From assembly GCA_965279515.1 (NCBI GenBank), contig CBDIID010000003.1, forward strand, positions 640,001 to 704,000: a stretch of DNA of 64,000 nt, given 5' to 3'. This document shows positions 18,935 to 27,649 of the stretch, in pieces; the first letter of the stretch is position 1; each line of letters begins with the position of its first letter. A program made the position numbers and the translations under genes. The DNA is from Turneriella sp. (lineage in GTDB: Bacteria > Spirochaetota > Leptospiria > Turneriellales > Turneriellaceae). Below the pieces are notes generated by a model. The model was not told the DNA's origin, did no database searches, and saw only the letters and a list, made by a program, of their open reading frames with translations.

Positions 18935-20206
18935 ATGCTTTGCAGCATGATTTCTGCATTTACTGATGCCTTTATGAAAACTGGCAAGCCAAGCTTTGAA
19001 TGGGGAGGCCTTAAGATTCCGGCAGCGAATCGCATCCTTAACTTTTTTCTGACATCTCTACAAAACCTTAACCTCAATCAGACTGAAAAAATAGACCTAT
19101 TTAAAGCTTTTGTAATCCTATTCTCAGACCTATTTTATGTCAAACCCTCGGCAGACGACGAAAAAGAGCAAACGAAGTTACAAAGAAAGCTGTCGCCAAT
19201 CGACAAAAGAAGAACCGCAATAATGAAAGCTCTTAACGGATTGAAAATCAACCTCAAGCCGACCGAATACGATGAGATATGCAATAAGGTGACACGCGAC
19301 AGCCAGCTGTGGAATTCTCTCAAATTGACATCGCTTGAGATCTTAGAAAAGCCTAGGTATCAGTTCAAACCACAATTCAGAACTATAACGACCACCGAAG
19401 CAGTGTTTAGGCATTTTTTCAAGGGATCCACCGTTCCAAATTGGTTTCCAAGGTTCATACTCAGTCATGCAGACGGATATCTTGGAGTTGCGAGAACAGC
19501 TATCGAAAGAGTAATAAAAAGATTTGAGTCTACTCCTCCATCCAGCATTAAACTCGCCGTAAGCGGGGGCAACAGCAGCTTCACCTACGTTTTTCGGCTT
19601 GTTGAAGATTTGCTCGAAGCAAAAATTAATCTCAATAACATTGATTTTGAAATATACACCGCTGGCGATCGGGCCTTTTTATCAGAGCTAGAAGAACGAA
19701 TAGACAACGCATGGATATTAAACTCAATTCTTAAACAACAGAGACTGAAAAGTCGATACGTATCATTCGAGAAAGCACGCGCACAACAGAAAAACGATCA
19801 AGATAATAAGCTCCACCTTGATGTCCTTTATTGCGGCATAGGCTCGTTTGAAACCCGCAACAACACATCTTTCAAAGAATACCTAGAAGACAGAAATATC
19901 TCTGGATGGGATTTCGAAATTTGCGATGAAATTTTTTTTATAACCGAGCCAAAGGATAAAGAAACTCAAAAAAAACTGCAAGAGTACTTTACCAATATTT
20001 TCAGACATAACGAAGTTGGCGCAAAAAGGAAAATCTTACTTTGCAACGGTGCAGAAAAGGCTAAGCCATTACGGAGCTTCTTGAGTTACCTATCTAGACG
20101 CCAGGACAGCTACACCTTGCAGAAACAAAACATAGTTACTCATGTCATCTTAGACACTGAGTTACTCCGCGCATTATTGCGAATGAGTCATCTCGCTGGA
20201 GGATAA
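18935..20206 (+). CDS. SorC/CggR-type sugar-binding domain regulator-like protein
   Basis: LAVSGG, YCGIGS, CNGAEKA and VILDTELLRALL follow the sugar-binding domain pattern; divergent from the lipoprotein pair. Confidence 0.55.
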   Translation: MLCSMISAFTDAFMKTGKPSFEWGGLKIPAANRILNFFLTSLQNLNLNQTEKIDLFKAFVILFSDLFYVKPSADDEKEQTKLQRKLSPIDKRRTAIMKALNGLKINLKPTEYDEICNKVTRDSQLWNSLKLTSLEILEKPRYQFKPQFRTITTTEAVFRHFFKGSTVPNWFPRFILSHADGYLGVARTAIERVIKRFESTPPSSIKLAVSGGNSSFTYVFRLVEDLLEAKINLNNIDFEIYTAGDRAFLSELEERIDNAWILNSILKQQRLKSRYVSFEKARAQQKNDQDNKLHLDVLYCGIGSFETRNNTSFKEYLEDRNISGWDFEICDEIFFITEPKDKETQKKLQEYFTNIFRHNEVGAKRKILLCNGAEKAKPLRSFLSYLSRRQDSYTLQKQNIVTHVILDTELLRALLRMSHLAGG

Positions 20207-20400
20207 TGTCATAAAGGAAATCGCAATGTCTTCTCCGATCTAGCTGGCGCCTTCACTTTTTTAGTCGACGGTTAGATTTACAGGTGCAGGGATTATGTAA
20301 CTTTAGAACTCACAATAGTACAGGCTTATGGGGAAAAATATTGTCATCTGCTGCGACGGTGCAGAAAACTAATTGTCTAAACACCATACAAATGTGGTCC

Positions 20401-20586
20401 GCGCCTTTTGCAGAATCCTTGGAATTTATGCCTAAAATGCAGTCGGAACAACCCGCAGGTGTGGTGCACCTTTGGGCCTCCCGTGCGTCCCCGGGTATTC
20501 CCAATTACGAACCTGAGTGGGCGGTGGAGGTAGAACTGCCCCCCTCCCTTAAAGGAAAAACAGAAGTAATAAGTCCTAAATACTGA
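20401..20586 (+). pseudogene. Relic 3' end of a related serine recombinase gene, containing an att-like junction
   Basis: APFAESLEFMPKMQSEQPAGVVHLWASRASP has 19/31 identity to the integrase C-terminus APFAEALTTMPKKSLELSKGGVHLWVSYASP; TGCGTCCCC is shared with the tRNA-Glu 3' end. Confidence 0.8.
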
Positions 20587-20660
20587 TTAAGGCCCCTCCA
20601 AACCCGCCTTGACGGCAGGGTACAGAAGCAATAGAATGTGTTTTGAAGTAATGTAAGCTT

Positions 20661-23600
20661 ATGAAAATTGAGAAAGGAACTGTGATTTTAGCCGCCACTG
20701 ATCTGGCGAACCATATCGGATGCCACTATCTGTCTGGTCTCAATCTAGCCGTTGCCACAGGTACCAGAAATAAGCCTGATTGGAAGAATCCCCAGAATGC
20801 TGCTCTTATTGAGCGTGGCATAGCTCATGAAAAAGCCTTTATCGAAAAATTAGGTCACGATGGCCTTAATATCCATGACCTTGAAGATCAAGGGAGCATA
20901 CAGGAGACCATTAAGGCAATGCAAGCAGGGTTTGACATCATCGTGCAGGCTCCCCTTGGCAACGCACGCTGGTATGGTATTGTAGATATCCTGAGAAAAG
21001 TTGACCGAAAAAGTAAATTGGGCTCCTGGTCTTACGAGGCTCTCGATACTAAACTTTCTCACGAAACTCGGGGAAGCACTATTCTGCAAATGTGTCTATA
21101 CACCAATCTGATCGAAGAAATACAAGGGATAACACCTGAGTATTTCAGAGTTGTGAAGCCGGGAAACGAATTTGTTGAAGAGGTTTTTCGTGTATCTGAT
21201 TACTACGCATATTTTGGGTTTCTTCGCGATGCTTTGGCTTCGGGCTTAAGTCAGCCTGAAGCACAAAGCACGATTTTGACCAATCTCTATCCAGAACCCG
21301 TCACAAAGTGCGAGTTTTGTAACTGGGAACGAGAATGTCGCGATCGGCGCGTACAAGACGATCACCTTTCATTGGTCGCGAATATTACACGAGTTCAGAG
21401 ACGTGAATTAGAATCTCAAGATGTGAGGACATTGACGAGTTTGGCGAAATGGGAACAGCCCAACGATTGGCGGCCAAGTAGAGGCGAAACCGTTAGTTAC
21501 AAGAAAGTTCGACATCAGGCAGAAGTACAGCTCAAGACTCGGGAAAACAATCGAATACATTACGATGATTTACCGATCGAACCAGACTTTGGTCTCTCTG
21601 CATTACCTGAACCGTCAGGTGGGGATATATTTTTTGACATTGAAAGCGATCCCTTTGTCGGAGAATCCGGCCTGGAATATCTACTGGGATATTGCTACTT
21701 CCCCACAGGTAGTGCCGCGGAAAATCCCATTTATGAAGGGATTTGGGGGCTGGACTATGCAAAGGAGAAAACCGCATTTGAGAAGTTTATTGATTTCATA
21801 ACCAACCGCCTTCAAGAGTTTCCCGATTTGCATATCTATCATTATGCTCCATATGAGCCTTCTGCGATTAAGCGGCTCATGGGGCGACATGGGACAAGGG
21901 AGAATCAAGTTGATTTTCTCTTACGCAGTAAGCGCTTTGTGGATTTACTACAAGTAGTCCGCCGATCCGTACGGGTCGGGATTGAACGGTATTCATTAAA
22001 GGATCTTGAACCTTTATATCAATTCAGCCGGCAGGTTGAGCTTAAAGATGCATCTCGAAGCTTAAACTTGCTAGCATACCAACTTGAAATGAATGATGCC
22101 GATGGCATTGACCCAAAAACCGCAGAGAGTGTTCTGCATTATAACGAAGATGATTGCCTTTCAACATGGCATCTGCGTAACTGGCTTGAAGAACGTAGAA
22201 ATACCTTAATTGCTGGCGGAGCATCAGTAAGTAGACCCGTAATTCCCCCAGGAGAACTACAAAGTCCTGAGAGGACAGAAGCGCAAAATGAAATAGACAG
22301 ACTTAAGCAAGAGCTTTCTGCAGGTTTAGAAGGTGATCCTGATACATTTTCGGAAGATGAGCGAGGTCGATGGCTCCTGGCTCAGCTACTCGAATTCCAT
22401 CAGCGCGAACAAAAATCCCAATGGTGGGAATATTTTCGTCTTACAGAACTTCCTCCCGATGAATACCTTCATGAAAAAAGTGCCATTTATGGTCTAAATT
22501 TTTTGAGATCGGTAGGTGGCACCGCGGCCTGCCCTGTGCATCAGTACCAGTTTCCCCCTCAAGAAGTAGATTTGCGATCGGGTGCAGAATGTCATTTTGC
22601 GAAAGAGAAGTACGGAGAGATTGAGAGTATTGACAAAGAAAACAGAACACTTGATATAAAGAAGAATAGAAAAAGCGCCGCACAGCATCCAATTGCTGTT
22701 TTTGGACATTCGATTGTTCCGGATGCTGTATTGAGAGCTGCCTTACAATGCATCGCCAAATCAGTCGTAGCTCACGGGTTTGATCGCAATAGTCCATACT
22801 CTGCCGCCTTCGATCTATTATTACGTCAACCACCTCGACTTAGCAATGGTTTAGTTCGTTCAACCCTGCGTCAGGACAATGAGAGTACGATAGAAGCTGC
22901 GAAGCGTATCGTCATTGATCTACAAGGGGGAGTGTTGTCTATTCAGGGGCCGCCAGGTACGGGCAAAACACATACGGCGGCAGAAATGATCATAGCCTGC
23001 ATACAAGCCGGCCTTAAAGTAGGTATAACGGCTCTAAGTCATAAAGTAATTCGCAATTTGATTGAGAAGGTATGCGAGCTATCCCTTAGGTCTCAAATTC
23101 CAGTCCGTTGCTGCGTTAAGGTAAAAGAAATAACAGCTGGTGCCAATGGAAATATACTTGAAACAACGGATAATGCCGGAGCTTTGAATTTTCTGCGAAA
23201 TGATACCCCTTCAGTGTTAGGCGGAACAGCCTGGCTCTGGGCACGCCCAGAGTTTGCAAACGCTGTGGATGTATTATTTGTCGATGAAGCTGGTCAGTAT
23301 TCCCTCGCGGACACTCTGGTGGTTTCTCAAGCAGGCCGAAATCTAGTTTTATTGGGCGATCCACAACAATTAGAGAGGCCCATTCAGGGGACGCACCCAC
23401 CAGGGTGTGATCTTTCGGCGCTTGAACACCTTTTTGGTCAAAACCAAACAACCGTGAGTGCCGATAAGGGTCTCTTCTTGGAAGAGACTTGGAGGATGAC
23501 CCCAGCCATTTGTGAATTTATCTCGGATCAATTTTATGAGAGTAAACTACATAGTAAAGATGGCTGCCAATTCCAGGAAATACAATCGTCATCTCAATTT

Positions 23601-24095
23601 AAGGGCTCGGGCTTGTTTTATGTTCCCGTAGAGCATACGGGAAATCAAAGTCACAGCCCGGAAGAAATTGCCGTAATTGGAAGAATTATCGATGATCTTT
23701 TGGATGAATCGAGCACCTACACTGATCGTCATGGGGCAACTCAACCACTAACCTTACAGAATATCTTGATTGTGGCACCTTACAACTCCCAAGTAAGTTA
23801 TTTGCAAGGCCATATTCCGGGTGCACGCGTCGGGACAGTAGATAAGTTTCAGGGACAGGAAGCTGCTATTGTGATATACTCTCTGACGACTTCAACCCCG
23901 GAGGATGCCCCAAGGGGTATGGAGTTTCTCTACAGTCGAAATCGGTTTAACGTCGCGATTTCGAGAGCAACCTGCATTGCCATAGTTGTTGGGAATCCGA
24001 TGCTTTTCCAACCAGAGTGTCACGCACCAAGACAGATGAAGTTAGCAAATGCGTTTTGTGCTTTTTCCCAGAAGGCAAAGCTCCTCGAGTTATGA
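20661..24095 (+). CDS. TM0106-family RecB-like nuclease / RNase H-like / SF1 (DNA2-NAM7) helicase fusion
   Basis: DIL...DTK nuclease, FFDIE...YNEDD RNase H-like domain, QGPPGTGKT, VDEAGQ, GDPQQL, TVDKFQGQE, NRFNVAISRA. Confidence 0.9.
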   Translation: MKIEKGTVILAATDLANHIGCHYLSGLNLAVATGTRNKPDWKNPQNAALIERGIAHEKAFIEKLGHDGLNIHDLEDQGSIQETIKAMQAGFDIIVQAPLGNARWYGIVDILRKVDRKSKLGSWSYEALDTKLSHETRGSTILQMCLYTNLIEEIQGITPEYFRVVKPGNEFVEEVFRVSDYYAYFGFLRDALASGLSQPEAQSTILTNLYPEPVTKCEFCNWERECRDRRVQDDHLSLVANITRVQRRELESQDVRTLTSLAKWEQPNDWRPSRGETVSYKKVRHQAEVQLKTRENNRIHYDDLPIEPDFGLSALPEPSGGDIFFDIESDPFVGESGLEYLLGYCYFPTGSAAENPIYEGIWGLDYAKEKTAFEKFIDFITNRLQEFPDLHIYHYAPYEPSAIKRLMGRHGTRENQVDFLLRSKRFVDLLQVVRRSVRVGIERYSLKDLEPLYQFSRQVELKDASRSLNLLAYQLEMNDADGIDPKTAESVLHYNEDDCLSTWHLRNWLEERRNTLIAGGASVSRPVIPPGELQSPERTEAQNEIDRLKQELSAGLEGDPDTFSEDERGRWLLAQLLEFHQREQKSQWWEYFRLTELPPDEYLHEKSAIYGLNFLRSVGGTAACPVHQYQFPPQEVDLRSGAECHFAKEKYGEIESIDKENRTLDIKKNRKSAAQHPIAVFGHSIVPDAVLRAALQCIAKSVVAHGFDRNSPYSAAFDLLLRQPPRLSNGLVRSTLRQDNESTIEAAKRIVIDLQGGVLSIQGPPGTGKTHTAAEMIIACIQAGLKVGITALSHKVIRNLIEKVCELSLRSQIPVRCCVKVKEITAGANGNILETTDNAGALNFLRNDTPSVLGGTAWLWARPEFANAVDVLFVDEAGQYSLADTLVVSQAGRNLVLLGDPQQLERPIQGTHPPGCDLSALEHLFGQNQTTVSADKGLFLEETWRMTPAICEFISDQFYESKLHSKDGCQFQEIQSSSQFKGSGLFYVPVEHTGNQSHSPEEIAVIGRIIDDLLDESSTYTDRHGATQPLTLQNILIVAPYNSQVSYLQGHIPGARVGTVDKFQGQEAAIVIYSLTTSTPEDAPRGMEFLYSRNRFNVAISRATCIAIVVGNPMLFQPECHAPRQMKLANAFCAFSQKAKLLEL

Positions 24096-24146
24096 GCTTC
24101 TAATGAAGATTGCCCTTGAGCACCAATACGTCATATGCTTCGTTTA

Positions 24147-25325
24147 TCAAGTAAAAATCAGCACGAAGACGGACCAACACTTAAGTTCATTTGCCTCAAC
24201 ATGACGTAGGCCATGATTCTTCAAATGCGCTAAAACCGTTGGATGCGGATGCTTTGGACTGTTGGATGGGGCAGAAGTCACCCAGAAACAATCCTTCGGC
24301 AGCTTCGGCAGAAGCATCGGATTCCATCCCTTAGAGGAACCGTGATGCGGTAACAAATAAGTACCAGTCTTCGGAAACAAGTTATGGTAATGCTTCTCAA
24401 AATCGGAAAAGATGTATTGTGTAGCCAGATCCAGATCTCCCGTTAGAAGACAGCCAAACAGTATGGGTTTCGAGAAAAAAAACTTATGGCTGAACAATGG
24501 AAATGGAATTATTTTTAACGATTTTGTCGGCCCATGAAATAAACAGAGACTAGTATTGTTTCGGCTAATTTTCAAGCCGGCATAGATTGACTTAAGTTTC
24601 TTCAATTTGGTCCGGTCTTGAATTGCTGTCAGAATATCAGCCACTGACTGCAAACCTTCTCTTTGTATCATAGAATGAAATTTTGCAAGGTTTGCGGCGG
24701 GGATTTTCACATTGAAAAACTTAAAGAACCACAATCCGGTCAAACCGAATACAGAGTTATGCTTTGCAAAATGAAATTTTCCGTTCTCGTATTCATCGTA
24801 GAAAGTATCTCCATCTTCTAAATCCCTTAATTCTGCCGGATCTTTAAATACTGGTCTGAAAATATGATCCGAATCTGGATCTAAGTCAGGAAAATCTGGT
24901 AATTGACTATCTAAGTTATCAGGTTCGCCCCCGCGAATTACAAAAATATTTCCAACGCCACCCTCTAACAAGTAGCCTACCGGATTTCGAAGAAACTGTA
25001 AATACCAAGGCGGCGCATCCGGATCAGCGATAGCTAGCATTAATCGTTCAGAAGCTGTTACATACGGAATTACAACGGTCTGCGGAATGATTCCGTTCTT
25101 TAACAGATGGTCGACTCCGTTCATGTGATCCTGATCAAAATGCGAAATAACCAATAAGTCCAGCGATACTAAGCGCTTTTGCTTAATCAATCGATCTAGG
25201 ATGTTTTTCAGGTGAGTCGGGTTCTGTGAACCGCAGTCATACATGAATTGAAAATTATGAATACGCCCAGTATAGCAGAGCCCTTTGCCGACTTCTCTAA
25301 ATGTAAACTCACCAGTTGTCAGCAT
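24147..25325 (-). CDS. MBL-fold (ComEC-like) metallohydrolase
   Basis: DCGS, SHFDQDH, TGD, PHHGS, HPH. Confidence 0.85.
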   Translation of the reverse strand: MLTTGEFTFREVGKGLCYTGRIHNFQFMYDCGSQNPTHLKNILDRLIKQKRLVSLDLLVISHFDQDHMNGVDHLLKNGIIPQTVVIPYVTASERLMLAIADPDAPPWYLQFLRNPVGYLLEGGVGNIFVIRGGEPDNLDSQLPDFPDLDPDSDHIFRPVFKDPAELRDLEDGDTFYDEYENGKFHFAKHNSVFGLTGLWFFKFFNVKIPAANLAKFHSMIQREGLQSVADILTAIQDRTKLKKLKSIYAGLKISRNNTSLCLFHGPTKSLKIIPFPLFSHKFFFSKPILFGCLLTGDLDLATQYIFSDFEKHYHNLFPKTGTYLLPHHGSSKGWNPMLLPKLPKDCFWVTSAPSNSPKHPHPTVLAHLKNHGLRHVEANELKCWSVFVLIFT

Positions 25326-25401
25326 TTATCCCACCCTTTTTATGCACACAGTTCCGCAAAACAGCAGGCGGGAAATAACTTTTGTAGAAAAACTAAAGTG
25401 A

Positions 25402-25938
25402 CTAAAAGGAGTATCCAAGCTCCTGCAATTTGATACTCATCGCATGCCGGCTGACTTCAAAATCAGCGGCCAGAGCTTGTAATATCTCGTCTTCCTTATC
25501 CATAAGACTCGGCATACGTTCAATTTTCAGCTGTTTTTCCAATTCTTGAAGAACCATAAAATCAGGCATCAACAATTCAGCAGCAAACCGGTTTGCTTCA
25601 ATTTCTTTTAAATGGAGTCCTTCAGAGGCCGCCGGATCCCTTAAGAAAACTTTATCAACGTGGATTCCTGGCTGATTGTGAAGGAAAAAATGTCCAAGTT
25701 CGTGGGCAATGGTGAATCGTTGTCTATTGATGTGATGGTCTTGATTGACAAGAATGCTTGCCCGGCCATTTTCATTGATTTTCAAAACACCAGATATGTC
25801 GTCGTCAATTTCTTTGCGGAACAAGTCGACCTTCTCCATTTTCGCTATCGCATCGACGTCTACCGCAGGGTGAGTGATGTTAGCCCGTTCCAATACTTGG
25901 TGGGCAAGGTTACGTATTTCGATCTGTCTTTTCGTCAT
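25402..25938 (-). CDS. ImmA/IrrE-family metallopeptidase (CapP-like)
   Basis: RQRFTIAHELGH and EIEANRFAAELLMP. Confidence 0.9.
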   Translation of the reverse strand: MTKRQIEIRNLAHQVLERANITHPAVDVDAIAKMEKVDLFRKEIDDDISGVLKINENGRASILVNQDHHINRQRFTIAHELGHFFLHNQPGIHVDKVFLRDPAASEGLHLKEIEANRFAAELLMPDFMVLQELEKQLKIERMPSLMDKEDEILQALAADFEVSRHAMSIKLQELGYSF

Positions 25939-26254
25939 GATTTACTCCTTCAAACAGCTTTTCTATTTTGCTGAATTGAGTCGCGTCGACTCGGTCTTTT
26001 GAAAGTAAATCCAACTGCGCACCCTTTGTTTTTATCGGCAGAATGTCCACAACTCCGACACCCAATGCCGCTGCAATCCTATACAGCCTGTCGATTGGCA
26101 TACGCTGCTTTCCCTTTTCTATGTGCACAACAGAGGTCCTTGTTAAGCCAGAATCCTCTGCCAATTTTTGCTGAGTGATTCCTTTTATCTCGCGATATCC
26201 ACGAATTAAATCACCTATCGATTCATAAAGCCCATTAATTCGCGTCCGTGGCAT
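25910..26254 (-). CDS. XRE-family HTH regulator (CapH-like)
   Basis: IRGYR...ITQQKLA...TRTSVVHIEKG; likely start ATG 26254; overlaps the peptidase gene. Confidence 0.85.
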   Translation of the reverse strand: MPRTRINGLYESIGDLIRGYREIKGITQQKLAEDSGLTRTSVVHIEKGKQRMPIDRLYRIAAALGVGVVDILPIKTKGAQLDLLSKDRVDATQFSKIEKLFEGVNHDEKTDRNT

Positions 26255-26464
26255 GTTGATAAGTATATAGGCATTATACTCAATCGACCATAAAAAGTGA
26301 ATACTGCACACATTAAAGGTGCTATGATGGCGACTTTTTTTGGCACTCCTCGCATTTCAGTGCTAATATAGCTATGGTAGATAAGCCGTTTCTCAAGAAT
26401 TGGGTCTTTTTGCTCGAAACATGGATCGGCCTTCCTACATAAATTTCAAAATAGGAGGCCAACC

Positions 26465-27649
26465 GTGGCTGCAAAGATTTCCTTTTTCCCCGTAGGTAAT
26501 GGGGATATGACTTTAATCAATCTGGAAGATAACTCTCGCATATTGATCGATTGCAATATACGTCAATGGAATGAAGAGAGTGAGTTTATGGATGTGGCAA
26601 AAGAACTTCGGAAGAAGCTGCCAAAAGATGGTAAAGGCAGACCTTTTGTAGATGTTTTCCTACTTTCACATCCCGATCACGACCATTGCCGCGGTTTTAA
26701 TCAGCACTTTTTTCTTGGGAGAATCGAAGACTATGCTAAAGAACCTGAAAATGACACCGCAAGAATTTTTGTTAAGGAAATCTGGTCATCTCCAGTGGTC
26801 TTTCGCCGTTTTTCGAGAAATGATCAGGGTGAAAAACTTTCGTCAGATGCAGAATCCTTTCAAAACGAGGTTCGGAGACGCGTTAAGTTTTTCCGCGATC
26901 AGCAAGGTGACTTTTCAAAAATTCAGGATGGCAACAAGGTCCTCGTTATCGGCCACGATGAAAGTGATAAGACTAAAGGCTTAGAAAAAATCGCCTACGA
27001 CCCTGGAGAATCTTTTAATAAGATACGGGGAATCGCAAACTCACACATTCGCTGTCAAGTTTTAGGGCCTTTACCTTTGGCTGAGATTGCAACGGAAGAA
27101 GAAATACTTTGCAAAAATGACTCCAGTGTGATACTCAATATTCATATTTCACCCGGCCAAAGTGGAAATGACGGGGTAAAATTTTTTACTGGCGGCGACT
27201 CGGAAGTTGCAATTTGGCAGCGACTCTGGGAAAAGCATAAAGCTACCAAGGTTTTAGAATATGACGTCTTACTCGTGCCACACCATTGTTCATGGCACTC
27301 TCTGAGTTCGGATAGCATAAGCAAATCAGCCAATCCCAAGGTAAACGCTGATTCGAAGAAGGCCTTATCTCAGGCGCGAAACGGTGCATTCCTCATCGCA
27401 TCAAGTAAACCGATAAAGGAAAAAGATGCCGACCCACCAGCTCTGAAGGCAAAAGAGGAATACGAACAGATTGCCAAGTCCGCAAACGGGAGATTCATCT
27501 GTGTTGGAGAAAATCCAAATGAAACCAAACCTGAGATATTGGAGGTCTTGGTAGAAAAAGAAGGGGCACGCACAGAAAACAAAACCTTCTCTGTCATGAC
27601 CAGCCAAGCTCAAAAAGGAAGTGCTAAAGAACCTTTGCCACATGGTTGA
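26465..27649 (+). CDS. MBL-fold metallohydrolase with C-terminal Gly tail
   Basis: VGNGD, IDC, SHPDHDH, NDSS, GGD, PHHCS; RBS AGGAGG before a GTG start. Confidence 0.85.
   Translation: MAAKISFFPVGNGDMTLINLEDNSRILIDCNIRQWNEESEFMDVAKELRKKLPKDGKGRPFVDVFLLSHPDHDHCRGFNQHFFLGRIEDYAKEPENDTARIFVKEIWSSPVVFRRFSRNDQGEKLSSDAESFQNEVRRRVKFFRDQQGDFSKIQDGNKVLVIGHDESDKTKGLEKIAYDPGESFNKIRGIANSHIRCQVLGPLPLAEIATEEEILCKNDSSVILNIHISPGQSGNDGVKFFTGGDSEVAIWQRLWEKHKATKVLEYDVLLVPHHCSWHSLSSDSISKSANPKVNADSKKALSQARNGAFLIASSKPIKEKDADPPALKAKEEYEQIAKSANGRFICVGENPNETKPEILEVLVEKEGARTENKTFSVMTSQAQKGSAKEPLPHG

Noticed and set aside
20284..20586. 100-aa ORF as an independent gene
   Set aside because: Its second half is homologous to the integrase C-terminus, so it is better explained as a relic.
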